From assembly GCF_964355755.1 (NCBI RefSeq), contig NC_092679.1, positions 19,203,432-19,267,431 on the forward strand: DNA of 64,000 nucleotides, in the 5' to 3' direction. The position numbers and the translations under genes were made by a program. Shown here in pieces: positions 38,696 through 49,900 of this stretch (positions are counted from its first letter, which is position 1; every line of letters starts with the position of its first letter). The notes beneath the pieces are model-generated. The model was given only the letters and a program-made list of their open reading frames with translations. It was not told the DNA's origin and did no database searches. Source of the stretch: Antedon mediterranea (taxonomy: Eukaryota > Animalia > Echinodermata).

Positions 38696-41600
38696 AGACC
38701 CTAATTAAATTGATTATCCAAACTACACTACGTACTGTGAAAACTGACAATCGGCACACAGGTAAACCAGAACGCTCTTACAGTTGTACGGACGAGTATC
38801 ACAAAGTTAATTGAATCCAGACTGAAAAAACCCATTCGCAAGGTATAAAAAAGGCTTCCGGATGATCTAGACAGCGGTGGGTGTAAAGATCACAGAAGCC
38901 TCGGCCCCACGGTCCAAGATGAGACGAAAGCATTGTCTTGGTAGAAAAACACGAAAGGGCCTAAAGCTCTATCTGTTCGTTTGTATAAGGCAATCGCCGA
39001 ATTTCCCAGACTATTGGTCTAAGCCTCAACCTCTAAATATTTCCCTTTGGCGCCGTACATCATGTAATTTAGTTGACTGGCGCCAGGGGAGCCTAAGTCG
39101 TGGTAGTGGGTGTGTGTACTTCTTATCAGACAGGGCCTAATGTGTATAATTTAGCTCTACGAATCTCCTTCAACCCCGAGATCAGCTGTGTCATCGATCG
39201 GATCAAACGATTATTATATAAAGATGAGTTTCTGATGATACCAGTCGAAATGACCACTTGAGCCCCGTAGATGCTTATCGAGGAGTGGGGTCATTCAAGG
39301 CCTAAACTAAGAACAGATACAGTATTCTTATATCCATTGTTGACAATGTTTTGATAGCCAAATCTGTTTTTAATTGACTTGCTGTTGACTTGTTGAAAGA
39401 TAATTTATTTATGAGTACTTTGATAATTTCATAATAATATGTAAACATCCCAGTGTTTTTGTTGGATTGACGTGTGGAGTAAATTACCTATATTCGTCAC
39501 AAATTCGTACGTTACGAGTAACCACGAGGCTTAAAAATACATCGTAAAATCACGTAAAAATACACTGGTAATTATGTATAAAACAATAATTCAGAGTCTT
39601 TTAATCTCACAAAATGCAGGAATTATCATGAATAAATAATAGTCTAGTTGGCAGATCAATGTAACACTCAGGGCAAGGTAACACTTGGTTTAAAATATGA
39701 CAGATTTCCAACATTGAATGAACAGATTAATAAACAAAACAACACAATTTAGAAATGAAATGTCATTATTGACCAATTAACGGCAAGCAAAACTCTCATT
39801 GACCAATCAAATTACGCGAATTAAACATGAATGACGCAATATAAATACGATAACTTTAGACCAATGACGATGCACGATTCTTAATGTTACAGTATGTTAC
39901 AGAACGTTTGTTAATCTGGGGTAAGTTAGTTCACACTGGACCAACCGGATTAGGAGAATGACGTAATACACACCAAGTGTAAACCATGATGCATGACTAA
40001 CAGTAATTAATAACATACATAATTGTGATTCCTGATGAATTTTTAGGCCTAGATCACAAACTTTACTTTACGGTTAAACGCGCTTCTAAATCTCGGTTTG
40101 GTTTTTGATTAAAACCATTTCATATGGATTTGTTTTCTCATCAAAATGAGTCAATCTGTTCAGATAAATAGATTTAATCTTCAGCTGATGAAACAAGCGG
40201 ATCAGATTAAATATAGACATTCTGGACCGGAAGTAGAGGCAGACGATAGCACAGTCATTTTATCACATTTTAATCATCACTGCCTGCAATATATGTAGCG
40301 TTCCATAGCCTAGAGCCCTAACCTTCTATGTATATATTTTTGTATACAAATGATATAATAAATAGAAATGAAATGAAAATTCGTATCGATTTCGTTTATA
40401 AATTATTAAAATAAATAAATACTTTGCGAAGTCGCTTGTAGCCAATCGTTGATTCGAGTACCGCGTGCAACACCGTCACCACAAAGCGTCTGGATTTGAC
40501 GGCTAATAAACTTTATTTGATAAGGAAACGAGGTCGTCTGTAACAATACTACTCAACGCAAACATATCCACAACACGTACGTACTAGTAGTGTACTGTGA
40601 TTTGCTATTAATTCATCGGGTTTTCACATATTATTAATATGTATAAGAATATAAAATAATAAATATAATCATTCGTTTTATAGTTTTTAGTAACAAACCA
40701 AAGTCTAAATACACCGTAGAAATAATAAGTTTAAATTCAGAATTAAAACTAAAATTCTGTAAGAATAACCAGGTCGAGTAGGGTGAAATAATATTTACGT
40801 AAAATATAATGACCGTCACAGCTGTGCGGTGTCAAACTATCTAGGCGTCATAGCCAATAACATTACGCCTGAGGACATATAATATTATAGGCGACGCTTC
40901 TAAATACATTTACATAGCGTAGCCATTATGTCTTCAATCATTATCTTACCAACATTGCAGTCGCTGCCGTGTGGACAAATGTTTCATCTCAAACGAATTT
41001 TAAACGTCTGTGAGAAACGCAGGTGTCGAGTAACCGGCCGCCGGATCCCCAAGAGAATGTTTAAACTACCTGACCGGTGAGACTAGAAAAATTGTGCGTA
41101 ATAGGCGACGCGTCAACTGTTGGGTAATTATTGTACCGCCGACACAATTATATGATGATGTTTTATAGCAATGACATGTGATCAATAAACATAGGGCGGG
41201 ACTCGACAACGATCGAAAATTACGACAATATATGGACAGTTATTAATATTATTAGCTTCATAATGTTTGTATTATACTTCAACATTCCTGAAATGAGTAC
41301 TAATACTTTTTATAGAGCGCCTAGTAAAGCTCCGAAGTTTTTTTTTTCTCTTTTGTGGCGTGAACCACCACCTTTATTCTTTCATATCATAATTAAATAC
41401 ATTACAAATAAATCAGTAATATCTGTCTTCATATGTTCTTTCTTTAATTATATTGTTTTCCGTTAATATTCTACATTTTTCTTTGTATAAGAGTTTTTAC
41501 ACATTGGTTTGTTTAATTCAGTTAAAATCTTAATGTTATATATTGAGAAGACAGCAATTGAATATAAGTCATTTTTGTATTCACAATCAGACCCTAAAAG

Positions 41601-41765
41601 AAGTTCTCTAAAAGAGCTTCTGCCATTGTCAATATTTTTAAAAATGTTATCTATGTTTGTCCATAAAGTTTTATTTCGTATGCAGCTCCGAAGTTTGCAC
41701 ATTGTGGCGATGTGAAAGGTATATACAAGTGCTTGATTATAGGCTTAAAGTTAAGATTGCAAAAT

Positions 41766-41946
41766 GATTTACACAGACAAGCGGTAACGGTAATAAAAAT
41801 ATAGAATCCATGTTATTCCTTATGACCATTTACACACAACGTGGAGGAGCGGACTTGTGGTTTCCGCTCAGGATAACAGATCCTATACGTGGGACAAGAT
41901 ACACTGTTTCCGCTTACCGTTACTGTTCGTCCGTGTAAAATGGCCT
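41766..41946. mobile_element. MITE family C
   Basis: Inverted ends ATTTACACAGACAAGCGGTAACGGTAA ... TTACCGTTACTGTTCGTCCGTGTAAAAT; related copies at about 17277-17428 and 26797-26955. Confidence 0.6.
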
Positions 41947-44900
41947 TTAAACTGAATTTTTTTTCGAAATCTGAACAAAATCTTCGATCGCTAGACCAAC
42001 ACAACCGCTACGGTAACTTGTATGAAGATCACAGGGAGCCGGTAGTTATTAAATATTGTACCTTTACGCTAAAGGTATAAGTCGACTATCAGCACTAATA
42101 AATGTCGCGCCAGATAGGCTGCTAACGCGACAACTGTACACGCTTATAGTTACCCAGGTGTGTCGCAAAAACTAGTAGCCTACACTTCCTAAATCGCAAT
42201 TTTAGTTGCGCCGGCGACTTTTCATAAATTTCACAATTTTAATGAGTCTGTACAATTACGATTTTGTCGAAGTTTTAAGAACCCGAACTTTACGCGTTAA
42301 ACCAGATTGGCCATCCGTCACACCAATTGGGAAATCGAGCTTCGATGGCACGTTATATGACGCGCCAGAAATGACACAAACGGCGGTAATAACAAGCAAG
42401 AATGCTGTCGACATGTATGAGGGCTGTCTTGCCCAAGCCAAAGTTTATTGTCGTACCGAACATACATAAACTGTCTAGGCCTACATGTATAAAGAAAATT
42501 ATGTAATTTATAGTAAAATTATTATACAATAGAGTATAAGCATGAAGAAAATGTATTTCTATTTTCCAAATGACGGAAAAATAAATAAATGTGGAAAATA
42601 TACGTACGAATAGACGATAAGAACACTACATCAACGTAGTGTCTATAGCACCGGATACCAGTTAAAACATAACACTAGATTTGAACTCATCAACTGGACG
42701 AGTAGGTTATACGCGCAAACGCATCGTGCACGTTAAAATTATGTTTATAGTGTTGAATATGCCTTTACTGTATTTGAATATAGGCCTAACCATGGATTAA
42801 TCCATGGCCTAACGTACGTGCGTAACAATCATTGTTTCATGCCTTTAATTCATGCGGTATGTAAAAAAAGACGAGTCGGTTTTTTAACCTGTTCTTTTTC
42901 TATAATACAGTTTTGCCGTTTTACTTCCAAAACCATCTCAAATACGATAGCCTGATCTTACCGTACATTTTCCTATCTTTACAGTTGTTGTTATAATTCC
43001 GATACTCTTTATTGCTAGGATTTTATTTTGTTATCGCAGTGGGAATAATTCTTACATCTTTCTATCAGATGGCTTGAGTATCGCAGACAAGCAGACTTCT
43101 CTGTTTGAAGAGGGGTCATTAATACACAATCAAAGAAGCTCTCACATCCGATCAATTTTTGCATAATTTTCCTAAAATCTATTTTTCAGTATAAGCTGAA
43201 TTATTTCCCACGACAGAAAGTTAGGCCCTACAATTTTTTTCGTTGTTGAGCGTAGAGATGGCGATGCATGTTTTAGACAATAATTGCGGTTCTAAAAATC
43301 CCATTATCATAATAAATGGCTCTGAAACAGCATGATGGATTGCAAAGATTCCTTGTCAAAGTATTTATTAGGATTAAATCGAGGATTAAACAATTAATCT
43401 GTAAATTTTAACACGGGACGACAATAAAAGTCATAAAGATGAATAAAATCAAACTTTAAACAGGATATAATAAAGTTGTTTACTTTTTGCCCAATAGGCT
43501 ATATAAATAACGAAATAAAAAATACTGATTTCGCTCATAAAATAAACTGTAACATTTATCCAAAATCCCATTGACTTCCAGACTATGGCATTCCGGTTAT
43601 CCCTTTTTTGTCCATTAATTACGATTCAATCAGGAAAAAATGTTTTTATCCAAACGCGCAGCAGTCGCACGAATTCGTATAGAAAGAAACCACATAACAT
43701 CTAAATATAATATGAATAAAAATAGTAAAAATGTTTATTATATGCAAATACAATCCAATATACAATAAACAAATAAGTAGTTGAACAAATAAAAACGATC
43801 CCATTAAGCCTATACATAAAACACAAACTAATTTCTTTTGTAAATTTTGTATGAATACAAAAGAACGAACACTGATTACATTCAATAATATAAAAACAAA
43901 TCTACATGTGATAATTCATCAGTGACACTCACAAAATTTACGCGCGCGTACAAACATGATCATCAAAGTCTGTACGCACATGTGAAACGATGCGTCTTCA
44001 CAAAGTAGTCTTTAAAGTTTACGCGCGCGTACACTATTATCAAAGTTTGTACGCACATGTCAAGTGACTTCATTACATGAGTCGACGCGCGCGTACAAAA
44101 ATAATCAATATCTGTACACAAGCGTACATTTTGTGAATTTTACTAAATTACTAAATTATGAAATACTGTGATTTTTTAAAAATATCATGCATCATCGAAG
44201 ACACGGTCGGTATTGTGTGTAATAAATTTATCAAATAATTTTAAAACGATTTGAAATCATTCGTGAAACAATCCGCCAATGATTGGTAATTAATAGTAGT
44301 CAAAATTTGTTATTATCGTTCCGGACTGGCAAAAATTGCATGACTATTATATTTTAGTATGTGAGTATTAATATTTCAACTATAAATAATTATACATTGT
44401 ATATTAAATTAAATATTTCATTAAGCGATAAGAAATGTTACTTTTATAATATGTCAGCAACTGCTAAAAACGCAGAGCCAGTTCTAAGAGAGTTTTGAAT
44501 ATAAAAACTACACTACAAAATCGTATAGAAAACTTGATTATAGAACACATTCAACGTTGATTTTTATCAAACTATTTACATAATGATAAATACAATTACC
44601 ATTAAATATACCCTGTTATAACTATGGATGTAAGGAGTTTATTAAAATATCATTATATGAATTGTTTTCGAAAATTACAGGTAATTTTTTTTAAAAGGCG
44701 TTTATCTAACTGGATCATTTATGAATAGCTAATAATAAGTTGTGTTCACGTACTCGGGTCACAATGTGGTACCGTATTTAATGGGAAATGGCGGTTTTCT
44801 GTAGTACTGGGACACACTGTAAAAACTGCCTACTAACTATGTGTGTATTATATAAATTGTTATTGCTGCTGCGCCGATATATTGGAAGAACATTGATAAG

Positions 44901-45589
44901 AATATAAACCTATATTATATACTTGCAAGTTTATAAAATGTTAACCGAGTACAGGTTTGGTCCTATTGGTTTAGCCAAGACTATTTTGATGGCCAAGCAT
45001 GATTGAGACTCTTTAGAAGGCTCGTTTGACCATTTATTCAATTAAATGACCAACTCAGCTTTGGTTAAATTAGAAATTACTATGGTGTTTCTTTGAAATA
45101 GAAAAGGTCCACGGAAAAACAGACTGGCCTACTTTACAGACGGACACAAATTGCTTGGCGTCAGTCACATTATTTGTCAAAAAGTAAAATTAGTTGATCG
45201 AATTAATCAACAAAATAACGAGTTGAGTTATAAATAATTAGTATATTAATATTATTAATATAATATTAATATTAATTAATTAATTAAAAGCAAAAAACAA
45301 TAAAAACCACCTTTGCTAAAGCTGTATATAAACGCTGACACATTTCCAATAACAAATTCTAAACTTGTCTAACTACATTTTCACCTAGTCTCTTATTGCA
45401 CTTACTTACAAAAAAAACCCCGAAAAACACACACACACACACACAAAAAAACTATTTATATATTTGTATAATGTATATATTTATATTATTTTTTTTTACA
45501 AGGGTATTAAAGTTTTCCTTTGGTGCCAATATTCTAGTTTAATAAACTGCTTATATAATTGTATTTACAGCAGTAGTCAGGTAGCTCAA

Positions 45590-45750
45590 ACAGGAAGGGG
45601 AGAAAGGAAAGGATGGAAGGGGAAAAGAGGGAGAGGGGAAAGAGAGAGAGGAGAAAAAGGGAGAGAGGAGAAAGAGGGAAAGGAGAAAGAGGGAGAGGGG
45701 AAAGAGGGAGGGGAAAGAGGGAGAAGATAAAGAGGAGGGTACAGGAGAGA
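45590..45750. repeat. Polypurine (G/A) low-complexity tract
   Basis: About 150 nt almost entirely G/A on the + strand; accounts for ORFs 45464-45730 and 45586-45774. Confidence 0.85.
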
Positions 45751-46519
45751 TGAATGTGGATCAGGAGGGCTCAAAAGTGTTTTGTACTGTAATTTTCATC
45801 TAAGGTAAACTGGTAGGCGAACATTAAAGCTGAAGAAAGAAAAAGTTTTCCTGAAGAAAGACATTACTTTGCCATTTTTTAACTGAATGAAAGATGTTGG
45901 TGCATAGAGGGCTTTAGAAAATTTCAAATTAAGTGATAAAATTACATCGAAAAAAAAAATGTGAAAAAAATTTACCTTTTCAAAAAGCCAATTAGCTTTC
46001 AAAGTAAATAAATTATGATATTTACTTAAAAACATACCCTGTTGTCCGTGACAATTGAGAAACCATGTTTTGAGAAAGGAATGTGTTGGGTTTAGAGAGT
46101 AGACAATCCGACTACACCTCTAGTCTTACCGAGAACTTCATCTGAACTTTGAGGAAAACTCAAAACTTTGAAAAAGTTACTGTGTTGACGCAAGGAAAGT
46201 CACACAGGGACGAGAAACGGACAGGAAAACGTACATGAATAAAAATAAAAATGTAACATATTTTTTGTATGAAATTAATTACTATATACTGTAGCATGTA
46301 TTCATAGTAGAGATATGTTAGTTAATTTGATTTATGGATGTTAAATAATCACTGTTAGCCGCAGCTAGGTACATCTCTAGTTAATGATTGTAAACGTAAA
46401 TACAAGTATATAACACTGTAATATGGGTTTTGATATAAGAGGGAGGGGGAAGCCGAGATATAACAGCCATACACATACATCACGTTCACCTAACAAAATA
46501 TAAGAATTTTCATTCTTAT

Positions 46520-46745
46520 GCTGTGATATCAATATCATCATGTTATGATATGATCAAGTTGTGATCATGTTGTGATATCATCATTTTGTGATCAAGTTGT
46601 AATTATGTTGTGACATCATCGTGCTGTGATCTTGTTATGATATCATCAAGTTATGATATCATCATGTTATGAGATCATCATGTTATGATATCATCCTGCT
46701 GTGATCATGTTGTATCATCATACTTTGTGATCATGTTGTGATATT
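46520..46745. repeat. Degenerate TGTGATATCATCATGT-type short tandem repeat
   Basis: Repeated TGTTRTGAT(ATC)ATCA units downstream of the formin stop codon. Confidence 0.7.
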
Positions 46746-46996
46746 TCATCCTGATATCCAAATATAGACCATACCTAATCATATCACCAACAATATTACC
46801 ACATTAAACACACTTTAATACCAATGTGTTTTGCAGTAGTAGTAAACCTTACCAACCTCACAATTTGACCCAGCAGATGCTTCACAAATCCGCTAAGTCA
46901 AAGGTCAAGTCATTTAGATTGACCCATCAAATATTGCACCATTTTTTTATACATTCATTTCATTCTCGTTATTCTTTGTTATTCTCCTTTATCATC

Positions 46997-49900
46997 TCAT
47001 TTTGCATCTTTTAAATTTTGGGCTGCAAGTTTTGCTTTCTATAACAAAAAACAGATTAAAAAAATGTTGTATATACAGAACAGTAAAATCTATTGACTAA
47101 ATATTGTTATACAGTATACTTTCACAGTTTTCATAAAAAATGCTGATTGCATTTCAAATTCAAAACACATTTTATATAAGCAACTGTAAAATATAACAAA
47201 TATAAGATTTAGACCGCATCCAGGATTTTAAATAATTTTTTGATGAGGGCAGGCAATAGGTAGTGAGGAAAATCGTTTCAAACCCAGTTGCCATTACACA
47301 CCTCACAACGTTTGATGACTGTGACCGTGAAATCTCGATGAGAAATTGTACGATGGGAATACGACAACCATTTATTTCGAAAGAAAAATTATACAAATAT
47401 TTACAGTAGTAAAGAACATCATGTGGCCCCCATTTTTGGCCTTATTGGAGGACTTGTAAAGGTGGTTTTAGAGAAAGATTCAACTTACAAGGAGTGACGT
47501 ACAAGATCATTAGGGTGTCTCACAATCGGCCTACATTATTACACAACTAGGCTAACTTAATCAATTTGCATTATGACTTAGAAAGAGCAACACAGCTGGT
47601 GAACAGTGTGTATGGTCAAATATTATACTATACTATCACTTATTTAATTGTATAACATACGATATTTTTTTACACTGGAGGTAGAAAGTAGAAGAAAACA
47701 AGGGTGAATATAAACTCCTCTTCTAAACATAAAGTGTGTGTCTGAACAGGGCTTAAGGATAACAAACAAGATAGAAAATAACCCTCTATAGCAACACATT
47801 ATGTTTAGTGTGAAGAGGACTTAAGGATAATATTATACTAGCATTTATTTAATTGTACACCATAAGATATAATTTTATACTGGAGGTAGAAAGTAGACGA
47901 TAACAAACAAGGGTGAATATAAAACTTAACATAATGTTCTAGTGTGGACAGGGCTTAAGAATAACAAACTAGGGTAGCATATAACCCTCTACAGCTACAT
48001 ATTAGTGTGAATGGATAATATTATACGAGTACTCATAAATATACCAAAAGAGATACACTTGAAAATGAAAAGTAGACAATTGAACAAAGGTGAAAATATT
48101 AACGCTCCTCGTCTAAACATAATGTTCTATTGTGAACAGGGCTTAAGGATGGAAAGGGTGGAAATATAACCCTCTATAGCTACAAATTATGTTCTAATGT
48201 GAACAGGGCTTAAAGATAATAAAAACTAAAGGTATTAAAAGAGGTTTTGTATTACAAAGAGAAGCCTACTGTATAGGATGATGTCTCTTTCTACAAATTT
48301 GCTAGAAACCGTTTTCTTTGTGTTGAAACACAAAGAAATAAATTGTGTAAACGAAAAAACTATTATTGTTTAAAAACTCTTTAAGAATTGGAGACAGGAA
48401 AATGCTAAATTTACAAATTACTATAAATCTTAAAGGCATAGACGGAAGCAATTTCCAGTGATTCCTAGAAATCAAGACACATAAAACCTGGACAATTCTA
48501 TTATAAGAAAAAAATATACAAAACAGTTGCTTTTCAATAATGTTAATGGTAACATGCGTTTAATAACTTTTCTTATTTATTATTAGATATTACTCAGACA
48601 TGATTTGAACTTAGAACATATAAATGATAGGTAATGAATTAATATCACATGCTGTATAAACCACTAGATACATTAATTATATCATGCATCCAATAGTTTC
48701 CTTGCTAATTACAGGCAGTTATCAGCATGGATAAACTATCTCCCATTCTCATTTGAGGCTTAAGCTCTGTCTACACTATCAAACTAGTTTGAAGAAAAAA
48801 GTGTGATGTGCCCAAACATAGTAGTGATATGCCCATATATAGTAGCAATATGACATCATCATGTCCATATATGGGCACATCCCATTTTTTTTGTCACATA
48901 AAGTTTGAAAGTTTAGACAAAGCATTATAGAGAGGAGTACTAGGCACTAGGTCAGGATTGAACCCTGGACCTTGGCATTTGAAGGAAATCAGGTTAACCA
49001 CCAAGCTACAGCTCCACTACTATTTAAAACAGTTAAAAATATATATTTTGGAACAAAAATTTCTTTGAAAAAAAAATCGTTTATTAGAGGATTTGAACCA
49101 AAGCTCTTATAAATGAAAGGAAAAACCACAAAACTGGTTTTTTCTTTCACAAAGATGCAAGTTCAAGTTTCAGTATTTTGGTACAATGTCCCACCTACCA
49201 GCCTGCAATCAGCGCGCTGCCAATCTTCATATACTACATAATGAACTGATGAAATTGATGGAACCTTGCTGGCGCTACCAGTAGCCCAGGGCTCTTCAAC
49301 TAATACCAAAACATAGTATTAACAGTGGTTGGATCTCCCAAAGCCCAGGAGCAGAGCAGTCATAATAACTGATTCAATAGCGTGATAAACTTGAGAAAAC
49401 ATTGGCTTTGACAGTAAGCGCTTATCTATTAGCATTCATTATTTTTGATCGATTTCTTCCAGTTTGTAGACGGAGAACGTATCGCGAGGTTTGACGTGTC
49501 AATGAACTACTGATGTGTCAGAAATATTCGCTAAAAGATGATGAATTTATCGCCGTAAGATTATGTTAATTTACCGTGATAAAGAGACACATTGGCAATG
49601 ACTAAAAATGTCCTTGTAGCCTATATACATATTTTGTTGCCAACATGACATTTTGACACAATGATGATATCTCTCAAGGAGAAGGAGAACAATCACATTA
49701 ATTGTATATGACACATTGACAGGTTACAATAGTGAAATAGAGGAAATGAACAAATGATGAATTGGTTAGGAAAGATTATCTGTGAAATCCTGAACTAATA
49801 AATCATTTGTAGTTTACATTAAAAATTCATTTGATAAAACAAATAAGGTGTTTATGCTAAGGGGACACCTTTGAGACCCAACAACGTGTCCCCTTAATAG

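Noticed and set aside
39232-39296. Hammerhead ribozyme (CTGATGA...GAAA followed by a hairpin)
   Set aside because: Stem II cannot form properly and there is no stem I pairing.
22179-45774. Low-complexity ORFs (22179, 24203, 33906, 38381, 38454, 45464, 45586)
   Set aside because: All are translations of microsatellite, transposon sub-repeat or purine tracts.
48950-49016. tRNA gene
   Set aside because: A/B-box-like motifs only; acceptor and anticodon stems do not pair, so it is better read as a SINE head.
49430-49530. Alternative formin terminal exon
   Set aside because: Candidate acceptors give only short non-homologous peptides; the 47038 exon supplies the expected tail.
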